From Chlamydiales bacterium (GTDB lineage Bacteria > Chlamydiota > Chlamydiia > Chlamydiales > SM23-39), in the NCBI GenBank assembly GCA_965261025.1, contig OZ253438.1, positions 480,001 through 512,000 of the forward strand: a stretch of 32,000 nucleotides of DNA, given 5' to 3'. The notes under the pieces are model-generated. The model was not told where the DNA came from. It saw only the letters and a list, made by a program, of their open reading frames with translations, and made no database searches. The position numbers and the translations under genes were made by a program. How positions within the stretch are numbered: position 1 is the first letter of the stretch; the number at the start of each line of letters is the position of its first letter. Of the stretch, positions 8,418 to 16,718 are shown piece by piece.

Positions 8418-10016
8418 ATGTCCTCTTTTCCGCAGTTTTTTTTTCTTTTTTTCTTCAGTTTCTTTTCTTTTCTTTTTGCAGGAGAGTTAAAAGAGGCTTA
8501 CCATTTTTTCAAAGAAAAAAAATATGATCAAGCACAAGAGCTCTACCAAAATTTTTTACGAGAAAATCCTCAAAACGAAGCTGCTTTATACTATTTAGGA
8601 AGAATTTTTTTACAAAAAGGAGAGTACAAGTCAGCTGAAGAATTTCTTAGAGATTGCCTAGAGCAAAACCCAAAAAATGTGGACGCCAAATTCTTTTTAG
8701 CTTACGCCCTATATCACCAACAAAAATACGAAGAAGCAAAAAAACTCTGGGAAGAAGTTCTAGAAACCTCTCCCAACTATGTCGATGCCTATATTGCTTT
8801 GTCTAGACTTTATTCAGCTTTAGACGAACCTCAAAAGGCTAAGAAAATGCTTCAAAGGGCAGAAGCCATCTCCCCTGACAATTCCCAACTGTTGATCCTA
8901 TCTGCACACAATCTACAAACAGGACAAAATTTTAAAGGAGCCCTTGTGCAATACGAAAAAGCGGCCCAAAAGGGAGCCTTTTCTACTGTTCTTGCAAACT
9001 TAACCGCCTTAAGGCCTTATGTCTATCCTTCTCTTAAAGCAGAAGGCTTTTATGATAGAGAAGTAGAACAAGATCTGATTTTAAAGATAGATACTACTAA
9101 AATAAAAACCCATGGAACTTTGTTTCGTTTGCATGTTCCTTTGGCAAACTATTTTTCTCTTTATGGTATTTATCAATATTTCCCCTATACACAGATCAAT
9201 CTTCTTCGAAAGATAAATAACTACAAGGTAATAAACCAAAAAATGGGGGGAGGGATTCATCTTTACTTTCGGGATACCTATGATATCGTTTTAGAAGCTC
9301 TTTATGTAAAAGGAAAAGGGACAACAAAAAATATCTTCCCCTTCAGAAATGTGGGTATATGGGAACCTAAATTTTCTGTCAGTGTTTATCCTGACCCTCA
9401 CCTTTTGCGTTTTAGCGCTTATAAAGCAGAGCTTATAGCTAGAACGAATACCGATATATTTTCCTACTATGTAAAACAAAAAGTTTTAAGCCTTGCTTAT
9501 GAATACCGCTTTCTTCCTAAATTTTACGGAATAGGAGTAGAGACGAGCTATAGCTGGTATAAAGCTCTTCAAACTAATAAAAAGAAAGAAGCCTCTTTTT
9601 GGCTCCGTTTCCCAGTTCCTCACCTTTTAAAGGAGTTAATTCATCTAAGATACGACGCAAAAATAGGGAGCTTTTCTTTTGTGGACGATGATTACTTCTC
9701 CTATCGAAGGAGATTAGAACAAAGGGCTACCTTTATCCTTCTCCGGGAGTGGGGTGACAGAGGCTCTTTAAAGGCCTCCTATGAATATTCTTGGCAGAGA
9801 GTAAGGGGTTTTAATAATATCAATGAAGCAATACTTTTAAATCCCAGCTCTTCGGAGATAATAAACCTCAACTTCATTCGAGGAGATACTTTTCAAATTG
9901 TTGGAAAAAAGGCAATAGGAAGCCATTTTCACTTAGAAGGCAAAGCAAAGGCCTACTTTGATGATGATCAATATAGGGCTTACTTTCTACAGGCTTCTAT
10001 AAAGGGAGTTTTTTAA
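8418..10016 (+). CDS. Outer-membrane protein: signal peptide + TPR repeats + C-terminal beta-barrel (PgaA/BcsC/PelB/Slam-like architecture)
   Basis: Phe-rich signal peptide (MSSFPQFFFLFFFSFFSFLFA|GE). Several 34-residue TPR units at residues ~30-190, e.g. AALYYLGRIFLQKGEYKSAEEFLRDCLEQNP and AKFFLAYALYHQQKYEEAKKLWEEVLETSP. About 330 residues of alternating amphipathic strands follow (LSLAYEYRF, GIGVETSYSWY, SLKASYEYSWQRV). The protein ends in ...ASIKGVF, with the terminal aromatic typical of BAM substrates. Confidence 0.7.
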   Translation: MSSFPQFFFLFFFSFFSFLFAGELKEAYHFFKEKKYDQAQELYQNFLRENPQNEAALYYLGRIFLQKGEYKSAEEFLRDCLEQNPKNVDAKFFLAYALYHQQKYEEAKKLWEEVLETSPNYVDAYIALSRLYSALDEPQKAKKMLQRAEAISPDNSQLLILSAHNLQTGQNFKGALVQYEKAAQKGAFSTVLANLTALRPYVYPSLKAEGFYDREVEQDLILKIDTTKIKTHGTLFRLHVPLANYFSLYGIYQYFPYTQINLLRKINNYKVINQKMGGGIHLYFRDTYDIVLEALYVKGKGTTKNIFPFRNVGIWEPKFSVSVYPDPHLLRFSAYKAELIARTNTDIFSYYVKQKVLSLAYEYRFLPKFYGIGVETSYSWYKALQTNKKKEASFWLRFPVPHLLKELIHLRYDAKIGSFSFVDDDYFSYRRRLEQRATFILLREWGDRGSLKASYEYSWQRVRGFNNINEAILLNPSSSEIINLNFIRGDTFQIVGKKAIGSHFHLEGKAKAYFDDDQYRAYFLQASIKGVF

Positions 10017-11223
10017 GACTTTCTTCTAGTATTGTCCTATAGTAGAAGAGCCTTTTTTCTGTTTGCTTATTCCAAGAAAACTGGATAGCTTTTTCCCGGG
10101 CCTGTTTTCTTAGCTCTTGAAACGCTGTTTCTTCCATGTCGCACATTTCTTCTAAAGCTTTTACAAGCTCCAGAACATCTTCAGAAACTAATTTTCCTAC
10201 TATAAACTCAGGAAGTCCCCCAGCTCTACCTGCTATTACAGGAAGAGAGCATCCCATTGCTTCTAAAGCTGCCAATCCAAACCCTTCTGATCTAGAAGGC
10301 ATAACATGAAAACGACAAATATTGTGCATTTTGGCTACTTCCTTGGAAGGTAGATGCCCTAGAAAAAAAACTCTATCCAAGGAAATTTCTTCTTTTTCCT
10401 CTTCTGAAATGACTTTTTCCCACTCCCCTGTCCCCATAATCAAAAAATAAAGAGGCCTTCTTATAAGTTTATTTGCTTTTAAAAGAAGATCTATCCCCTT
10501 GGTTCTGGAAACTTTTCCAGAAAAACTGACTAAAATGGCCTCTTGAGGAACTTTTATGTTATACTTATGCAAGAGCTCTTTTTTATTTTCTTGCCTCGGA
10601 TAAAAGGTGTCTTGGTCATACCCGTTTTCTATAGCAATGATCTTTTTTTGAGGAAATGAATAAAGCTCTTCTACCTCTTTTGCTACATATTTTGAAACGG
10701 AAAACACATAAGAGGCTTTTTTCAACCCTTGCAGAATTAAAGGCCTAGCTCTTTCGTCGTAGCAAAACCCCATTTGATCGCTATGATGGGCTGTACAAAT
10801 AAAGGGTTTTTTCTGTTTTGAAACTGCTAAATCAAAAAGCCAAATGTGCTGACATTCTATCACATCAGGAGAAAAGTCTTCGATTACCTCCCCTACTTTC
10901 TTCTGGATTTCTTCTATAAAAGAGTAAAATAAAGCCGAAGATAAACTTTTATAAGTCTGTCCCTGTAAGGATCTGGGATGAGGATCTGGAACCATTAAGG
11001 GAAAGGATTCTAAATGAAAATCTTTCCAGCTGTGAGGAAACTCCCAGATTCTATACCTATCTTTTTGAGAATAATATTTCTCTTTTTCCGGGGAAGGGAT
11101 TCCACTGTCTGGAAAAAACAGAAGAGCTTCATGACCTAATTCTAAAAGCTCTTTTAAAACAGCTTTGGCAACGGTAAAACTTCCTGTTCCCCAGGGTCCT
11201 GTGTTTGTAAGTAAAATTCTCAT
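9997..11223 (-). CDS. GT4-family (GT-B fold) glycosyltransferase
   Basis: 408 aa. N-terminal MRILLTNTGPWGTGS...LGHEALLFFP resembles GT4 N-termini. The C-terminal half carries the E-x7-E signature (SRSEGFGLAALEAMGCSLPVIAGRAGGLPE). The ATG lies 4 nt downstream of the receiver gene stop. The 3' end overlaps the convergent barrel gene by 20 nt. Confidence 0.8.
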   Translation of the reverse strand: MRILLTNTGPWGTGSFTVAKAVLKELLELGHEALLFFPDSGIPSPEKEKYYSQKDRYRIWEFPHSWKDFHLESFPLMVPDPHPRSLQGQTYKSLSSALFYSFIEEIQKKVGEVIEDFSPDVIECQHIWLFDLAVSKQKKPFICTAHHSDQMGFCYDERARPLILQGLKKASYVFSVSKYVAKEVEELYSFPQKKIIAIENGYDQDTFYPRQENKKELLHKYNIKVPQEAILVSFSGKVSRTKGIDLLLKANKLIRRPLYFLIMGTGEWEKVISEEEKEEISLDRVFFLGHLPSKEVAKMHNICRFHVMPSRSEGFGLAALEAMGCSLPVIAGRAGGLPEFIVGKLVSEDVLELVKALEEMCDMEETAFQELRKQAREKAIQFSWNKQTEKRLFYYRTILEESLKKLPL

Positions 11224-11227
11224 ATTG

Positions 11228-11578
11228 TCAGGAGGTAATTTCTTTTAAAAGTTTGTCTAATGTATCTACATTGAGAGGTTTTTCTAAAAACTTCACCATT
11301 TCCTTTTGAAAAATAGGATGATCTTTTTTTCCTTCTCCTGTAACGAATACAATGGGAAGTTTTTTCTCTTGTAAAATCTTTTCAGCAAGCTCTAGGCCAT
11401 TTTGATCAGGTATTTGAATATCCAAAATAAGAGCTACAAAAGAGCCGCTCTGTAGTTTTTCCATTCCCTCTTTTGCAGATGATGCACTTTGTATATCCCA
11501 TCCCTTTTGTCCCAACTGAAGTTTTAAAAGATTTACAATATCTGGATCATCATCAATGACTAAAACAGTTTTTCCCAA
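11228..11578 (-). CDS. Stand-alone response-regulator receiver (CheY-like) protein
   Basis: 116 aa with a TTG start preceded by a G-rich SD (AAGGGGGA). All canonical receiver residues are present: DDD (residues 9-11), phospho-acceptor Asp in ALILDIQIPD, Thr in IVFVTG, Lys in LEKPL. No output domain. Confidence 0.85.
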   Translation of the reverse strand: MGKTVLVIDDDPDIVNLLKLQLGQKGWDIQSASSAKEGMEKLQSGSFVALILDIQIPDQNGLELAEKILQEKKLPIVFVTGEGKKDHPIFQKEMVKFLEKPLNVDTLDKLLKEITS

Positions 11579-11672
11579 GATTTCCCCCTTTTTTCCCCAT
11601 CCTACTGAAATGGCTCTTTTTTAAAAGAATTTTTATCTATTTTTTTTTATACTGCTAGTATACAAAAAAGAA

Positions 11673-12602
11673 ATGCTATTCAGTTTTTTTACTCTTTTCT
11701 TGGGTCTTGTTTTTCTTTATTTTGGAGCAGAATGGCTTGTTACCTCTTCTGTCTTTTTAGCTAAGTCTTGGAAAATTCCTTCTTCTGTTATAGGGATTCT
11801 ATTGATAGGTTTTGGGAGTAGTACTCCTGAGTTAATCGTTACTTTAGAGGCAAATTTGACTAAAGAACCTATCTTTGCCATGGCAAATATCGTAGGTTCT
11901 AACCTGTTTAATACAGCCTTTATTTTAGGTCTTTGTCTTTGTATAAAAAAGGCTTCTTTTTCTAAAAAAACTCAAAGAGTGGACCTCCCTTTCATGGGAC
12001 TTGCCTGTCTTTTATTGGGATCACTTTATTTTTTTCCCTCTTTAGGAAGAATCGGAGGATTTTTCTTCTTACTTCTTTTGGGGATCTATATTTTCTTTCA
12101 AATTTATTCAGGTAAAAATCTTTTTTCCTATGAGACAAAGCTATCTTTAGAAAAACCTTCTAGATCCTCTCTTTTTTCTTTTGGGATGTTTCTTTTGGGT
12201 TTACTACTTCTTCTTTGTGGGTCTCATTTTTTCTTGGAAGGAGTAATCTTTCTATCAGAATATTTTTATCTTCCTAAATCTTTGGTAGGGTTTACCTTGG
12301 TAGCTATAGGTACTTCTATTCCTGAGCTTGCTACATGTTTAGTAGCTGCTTTCCGTGGACATCCCTCCATTTATCTTGGAAATATTCTAGGCTCTAATAT
12401 TTATAACGTCCTAGGCATCCTAGGAATTGCGGCTCTTTGCAAACCAATTGTTTTTGAAGGGCTTTCTGTTTTTGGTTTTTTATTCATGAGCTGTACTAAT
12501 ATCTTGCTTGTTCTTCTAGCTTTTTTTTCTCCTTTGGGTAAAAAAACAGGGGTTTTCTTTTTACTAAGCTACTTTGCTTTTCTCTTATCCATGAAGTTCT
12601 AG
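11673..12602 (+). CDS. Ca2+/cation antiporter (CaCA / YrbG-type Na+/Ca2+ exchanger family)
   Basis: 309 aa polytopic membrane protein. It has the two alpha-repeat signatures GSSTPEL...GSNLFN and GTSIPEL...GSNIYN in its N- and C-terminal halves. Confidence 0.85.
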   Translation: MLFSFFTLFLGLVFLYFGAEWLVTSSVFLAKSWKIPSSVIGILLIGFGSSTPELIVTLEANLTKEPIFAMANIVGSNLFNTAFILGLCLCIKKASFSKKTQRVDLPFMGLACLLLGSLYFFPSLGRIGGFFFLLLLGIYIFFQIYSGKNLFSYETKLSLEKPSRSSLFSFGMFLLGLLLLLCGSHFFLEGVIFLSEYFYLPKSLVGFTLVAIGTSIPELATCLVAAFRGHPSIYLGNILGSNIYNVLGILGIAALCKPIVFEGLSVFGFLFMSCTNILLVLLAFFSPLGKKTGVFFLLSYFAFLLSMKF

Positions 12603-12659
12603 AGGGAGATAAAGAAACCAGGCTTTAGCTATAACTTCCTTTGGATAAAAGCTTTTTCC

Positions 12660-12688
12660 TTGAAAAGAACTTTCGTTCTTTTTACGAT
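12660..12688 (+). promoter_or_regulatory. Candidate sigma-70/66-type promoter of the men operon
   Basis: TTGAAA (12660-12665), a 17-nt spacer, then TACGAT (12683-12688), 33 nt upstream of the menB ATG. It overlaps a weak AU-rich hairpin, so the assignment is tentative. Confidence 0.35.
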
Positions 12689-12720
12689 CCCTTTTCCTGC
12701 AAACAAAAGAGAGAAAGATC

Positions 12721-13536
12721 ATGGTTACCTGGGAAACCCTTCACACTTACAACGATATTAAACTGCAAAGATGGGGTCAAATAGCAAAAATCACTATGAA
12801 TCGCCCCCAGGTTCATAATGCTTTTCGCCCTTTAACTGTACAAGAGATGCAACACGCAATGCAGAAGGTAAGGGAAGATCCTGATCTTGGGGTAATTATT
12901 CTAACAGGAGAAGGAGAAAGGGCCTTTTGTTCCGGAGGAGATCAGAAAATCCGAGGAGATGCCGGCTATAAAGACGAAAAAGGAATGGAGCATCTGAACG
13001 TTTTAGATCTTCAAAGACAGATTCGAAGTTGTCCTAAACCTGTAATTGCTATGGTAGCAGGTTATGCTATAGGAGGAGGTCAGGTTCTTCATTTAATGTG
13101 TGATCTCACTATTGCTGCAAAAAATGCCCTATTTGGGCAAACAGGACCTAAAGTGGGTTCTTTTGATGGAGGATTTGGCGCTTCTTATCTTGCTAGGGTA
13201 ATTGGGCAAAAAAGAGCTAGAGAGTTTTGGTTCTTATGTAAACAATACAGCGCTGAAGAAGCTTTTCAAATGGGACTTGTCAATTGTGTGGTCCCTTTAG
13301 AGGATTTAGAAAAGACAACTCTTGCCTGGTGTGCTAAGATTTTAGAACATTCCCCTTTGGCTATCCGCTGCTTAAAAGCAGCTCTCAATGCAGACTGTGA
13401 CGGGCAGGCAGGTCTTCAAGAGCTTTCTGGAAATGCTACCCTTTTGTACTATCTATCAGAAGAGGCAAAGGAAGGAAGAAATGCTTTTTTAGAAAAAAGA
13501 AAGCCTAATTTTTCTTCTTTCCCCAAAAGGCCTTAA
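12721..13536 (+). CDS. menB: 1,4-dihydroxy-2-naphthoyl-CoA synthase
   Basis: 271 aa crotonase-fold protein with [31 protein letters not shown] and [18 protein letters not shown], characteristic of MenB. Confidence 0.93.
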   Translation: MVTWETLHTYNDIKLQRWGQIAKITMNRPQVHNAFRPLTVQEMQHAMQKVREDPDLGVIILTGEGERAFCSGGDQKIRGDAGYKDEKGMEHLNVLDLQRQIRSCPKPVIAMVAGYAIGGGQVLHLMCDLTIAAKNALFGQTGPKVGSFDGGFGASYLARVIGQKRAREFWFLCKQYSAEEAFQMGLVNCVVPLEDLEKTTLAWCAKILEHSPLAIRCLKAALNADCDGQAGLQELSGNATLLYYLSEEAKEGRNAFLEKRKPNFSSFPKRP

Positions 13537-13539
13537 GCC

Positions 13540-14412
13540 ATGACGCTATTGCAATCTTGGATTGTAGCAGTAAGACCTAAGACGTTAGCTGCTTCTTTTT
13601 CTCCTGTGGTTTTAGGTGCTTTTTTAGCTCCCAGTCTGAATTGGGTACGTTTTACAGTAACTCTTTTATTTGCCCTAACTATTCAAATTGGAACTAACCT
13701 GGCAAATGACTATTTTGATTGCATTCAAGGAGCAGATACTCCAGAAAGAAAGGGTCCTTTGCGGGCCAGCTCGTCTGGGCTTATTTCTTTAAAAAAAATG
13801 AAAATGGCTTTTTCTCTTTTTTTTCTCTTAGCTTTTCTCTGTAGTTGTTATTTGAGTTTTTTTGGAGGGGTTTTCATGTTTTGGACTGGAGTTCTTGCTA
13901 TTTTTCTGGGTATTTTCTATACGGCAACCCCTTTTTCCCTTGCCTATTTAGGCCTTTCTGAAATCTTTGTTCTCCTTTTTTTTGGAGGAATAGCAAGCTT
14001 TGGTGCCTACTATTTACAAACAAATCAGGTAGCCCTGTTTCCCTTCATAATAGGGTTAGGGCCTGGCTTTATCTCTTGCTCTCTTTTAATTAGCAACAAT
14101 TTAAGAGACGTAGAAGAAGATAGAAAAGCAGGAAAAAAAACCCTTGTAGTTCGTTTTGGAAAAGCTTTTGGAAGAGGGGAATATCTCTTTTTTCTTTTTA
14201 CTTCGCCTCTCTTTCTTTTTCTTCCCCCTTTTTGGGGAAAGCTTCCTTTTTCTTACTGCCTTTCTCTTCTACTGTATGTCCCTCTATTTTTCTTCATAAA
14301 AAAGGCTCTAAAAGTAGGAGAGGAAAAGCTCTTAGAACAAACAGCCCCTTTTTTACCGATTTACACGCTATTTTTTTTAAGCCTAAAGATAGCGCATCTT
14401 TTTCTATGTTGA
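13540..14412 (+). CDS. menA: 1,4-dihydroxy-2-naphthoate polyprenyltransferase (UbiA family)
   Basis: 290 aa polytopic protein with Asp-rich motifs NLANDYFD and NNLRDVEEDRKAGKKTL. Starts 3 nt after the menB stop. Confidence 0.88.
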   Translation: MTLLQSWIVAVRPKTLAASFSPVVLGAFLAPSLNWVRFTVTLLFALTIQIGTNLANDYFDCIQGADTPERKGPLRASSSGLISLKKMKMAFSLFFLLAFLCSCYLSFFGGVFMFWTGVLAIFLGIFYTATPFSLAYLGLSEIFVLLFFGGIASFGAYYLQTNQVALFPFIIGLGPGFISCSLLISNNLRDVEEDRKAGKKTLVVRFGKAFGRGEYLFFLFTSPLFLFLPPFWGKLPFSYCLSLLLYVPLFFFIKKALKVGEEKLLEQTAPFLPIYTLFFLSLKIAHLFLC

Positions 14413-15440
14413 AAGGTCCCTTTTCTTGGAATCGCCCCATAGAAATTTCTTGCTATTCTTATGAGCTCTTTTTTCAAAAACCCTTACGGATACAAAATCA
14501 GCCTCTTCTTAGTAAAAAAGGACTTATTCTAAAAGCTTCTCAGGAAAAAGTAGTGCGTTATGCAGAATGCTCTCCCCTTCCTTTTCTAAGTAAAGAGTCT
14601 TTAACACAAAGTCAAAAGGAACTAGAAAGTTTTTTTATACAAAATAGGTATCCCCCTTTCTTTTCCCCCTCTACAAATTTTGCCCTTACAAGTCTTTTCT
14701 TCTCTCCTGCTTGCCCTAAAAAAAAGTGGCTTTGTGCCTTGGTACAAGGCTCCTTTAAAGAAATGGATAAAGCTCTTGAAAAGAAAGCAAAAGAGTTTTC
14801 CTTTATAAAGATAAAATACCATCCTCCCATAGAAGAATTTACTACCTGGTTTTGGCAAGTACAGAAAAGATACCCTTCTTGTCTTTTCCGAATAGATATC
14901 AACCAAAAGTGGTCTTCAAAAGAGGCTTCCTATTTTTTACGAAAGGTTCCCTTAAAAGGGATAGATTACCTAGAAGAGCCTTTCCGTTCTTGGCAAGAAT
15001 TACAAGCCTTTATCGCAAAAAACCCGTTTCCTCTTTCTTTAGATGAATCCTTGTATGAAAAAAAGAATCCTCCTTTTCTAAAAAATCTGAAGGCTTATAC
15101 GGTAAAGCCCTCTTTACTTCCTCTTTTTTTCTCCTATCTAAATCAAGAAGTTCCCGTTGTTTTAAGTAGTAGCTACGAATCTTCTATAGGGCTTTCTAAT
15201 ATTGCCTGCTTTTCAAAAGGATCTTTGGCCTTAGGAATAGATACTTTTGAGATTTTTTCCTCTGATCTTTTACAAACACCGCTAAAAAAGGAAAAAGGGT
15301 ATATTTTCTTTCCTGAAATAAAACTGGATGAGAAACAGCTATGCCCTCTCTTTACTGTCCTCTTTTTTCTGCCTTTGAAAAAAAGCCTCGAAAAAAGGCT
15401 CTTCTTATTGAAAAAACTACCTTTTCCTATCAGGACCTAG
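14406..15440 (+). CDS. menC: o-succinylbenzoate synthase (enolase superfamily)
   Basis: I chose the ATG at 14406 (ATGTTGA overlap with the menA stop). The ORF-track start at 14232 would lie inside menA. Enolase-superfamily landmarks are KxK (FIKIKY) and metal ligands in RIDIN, YLEEP and SLDES. The gene sits between menA and menE. The last ~33 codons overlap menE and look like a low-complexity extension. Confidence 0.75.
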   Translation: MLKGPFSWNRPIEISCYSYELFFQKPLRIQNQPLLSKKGLILKASQEKVVRYAECSPLPFLSKESLTQSQKELESFFIQNRYPPFFSPSTNFALTSLFFSPACPKKKWLCALVQGSFKEMDKALEKKAKEFSFIKIKYHPPIEEFTTWFWQVQKRYPSCLFRIDINQKWSSKEASYFLRKVPLKGIDYLEEPFRSWQELQAFIAKNPFPLSLDESLYEKKNPPFLKNLKAYTVKPSLLPLFFSYLNQEVPVVLSSSYESSIGLSNIACFSKGSLALGIDTFEIFSSDLLQTPLKKEKGYIFFPEIKLDEKQLCPLFTVLFFLPLKKSLEKRLFLLKKLPFPIRT

Positions 15441-16645
15441 AGAAAAAGACCCGTTTCTTTTCTTTTTTCCTACAAAATCAAAAAACACATTGTTTTTCCA
15501 TTTATCCAGTGATTCCTTCTCCAGATTTTTTTGCTTTTTTCTTTGCCTGCTTTAGAATGGGCGCTACCTTATTTCTCCCCAACTATTATTACCCAGAGCC
15601 TGTTTTGCAAGCCTTAGAAAAAACTTTGGGAGCTGTTCGAATCAATCCCTCTTCTATTCCGGAAGAAAAAAGGGTTCTCCCCCCTTTTTCCTTGGGAAAA
15701 GCACGTCTTATTCTCATGAGTTCTGCTACCACAAAAAAACCTAAATTTTTATCGATTCCTTTTTATAGCCTATTTTATAACGCGCTCTCTTGCGTTGAAA
15801 AATTAAAATTAGAAGAGCCTGATTTATATCTATTGAGTCTCCCTCTTTTTCATGTTTCAGGGCTTGCTATTTTAATGCGTACCTTTTTACAAAAAGCCTC
15901 TTTGCTTTTTTCGTCAGAAAAGTCCTTTTTATATCGAAGTAGCAGGCACACCCATACATCTTTGGTTCCGACACAGCTTTACCGTCTTTTACGCTCTGAT
16001 TCATTAACCTCTTGGAAAAAATCTATAAAAACTATCTTGATAGGAGGCGATTTTTGCCCAAAAACTCTATACGAAGAAGGAAAAGAAAAAGGACTTCCTC
16101 TTTTTTTAAGTTATGGGATGAGTGAAATGGGCTCTCAGATTCTTATGGCAAATAACCCGCTATGGAAAGACGGTCTTCCTTTCTTAGGATTTACTTCTTC
16201 TTTTCAAAAGGCTTGTCTTTCTAAAGAGCAAGAGCTCCTGTTAAAGGGAATCACTTCCTTTGAAAAATATTTTTTCCAAGAAAGCCCCTTTACTAAAGAA
16301 GGATGGTTTGCAACCAAAGACCTTGCTTTATACGATCCCAAATATGGCTACGCTATCTTAGGTAGAAAAGATCGAATGTTCATTTCTGGAGGAGAAAATA
16401 TCTATCCTGAAGAAATAGAAAGAACTTTACTCTCTCTACAAGGAGTACAAAAAGCCTATGTTACTTGTCAAAAGGACCTACAAATGGGACACGTTCCTAT
16501 TGCCTTTGTCAAAACAACCGAAAAAATTCCCACCCTTGTTTCTAGGTTAAAAAACGTTCTCCCTTTTTACAAAATTCCTGTCCAGTTTTTCTCCCAATTT
16601 CCCTCATTTTTACCAGAACAAGCTAGCCAAAAAGAATCTTTTTAA
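15341..16645 (+). CDS. menE: o-succinylbenzoate-CoA ligase (adenylate-forming enzyme)
   Basis: 434 aa. Degenerate P-loop-like motif MSSATTKKPK (canonical SSGTTGxPK), plus YGMSEMG, GWFATKDL and GRKDRMFISGGENIYPEEIE. The N-terminus (ALLIEKTTFSYQDLEKK) looks genuine, which implies a 100-nt overlap with menC. Confidence 0.8.
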   Translation: MPSLYCPLFSAFEKKPRKKALLIEKTTFSYQDLEKKTRFFSFFLQNQKTHCFSIYPVIPSPDFFAFFFACFRMGATLFLPNYYYPEPVLQALEKTLGAVRINPSSIPEEKRVLPPFSLGKARLILMSSATTKKPKFLSIPFYSLFYNALSCVEKLKLEEPDLYLLSLPLFHVSGLAILMRTFLQKASLLFSSEKSFLYRSSRHTHTSLVPTQLYRLLRSDSLTSWKKSIKTILIGGDFCPKTLYEEGKEKGLPLFLSYGMSEMGSQILMANNPLWKDGLPFLGFTSSFQKACLSKEQELLLKGITSFEKYFFQESPFTKEGWFATKDLALYDPKYGYAILGRKDRMFISGGENIYPEEIERTLLSLQGVQKAYVTCQKDLQMGHVPIAFVKTTEKIPTLVSRLKNVLPFYKIPVQFFSQFPSFLPEQASQKESF

Positions 16646-16718
16646 AATGGCACAGTAAATTTCTAATTTATTTAGAATAAAATAGTTATAATCTTTAAAA
16701 AGAAAAAAAGTCATTTCA

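Noticed and set aside
12663-12682. Hairpin AAAAGAAC-tttc-GTTCTTTT downstream of the antiporter gene as a possible terminator
   Set aside because: The 8-bp stem has only 2 G-C pairs, most of the T-run is consumed by the stem, and it overlaps the candidate men promoter. It is too weak to call.
14232-14405. 5' extension of the menC ORF giving a 402-aa product that starts inside menA
   Set aside because: The extension overlaps 181 nt of menA in another frame and translates to low-complexity sequence. The ATG at 14406 gives the usual ATGTTGA-type coupling with the menA stop and a MenC-sized protein.
15635-15643. GTTCGAATC, the T-loop consensus of tRNAs
   Set aside because: It lies inside menE with no flanking acceptor or anticodon stem complementarity. 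This is a chance match.
16648-16663. TGGCAC hexamer resembling the -24 element of a sigma-54 promoter
   Set aside because: The required -12 element (TTGC, 5 nt downstream) is absent; the sequence is TGGCAC-agtaa-atttc.
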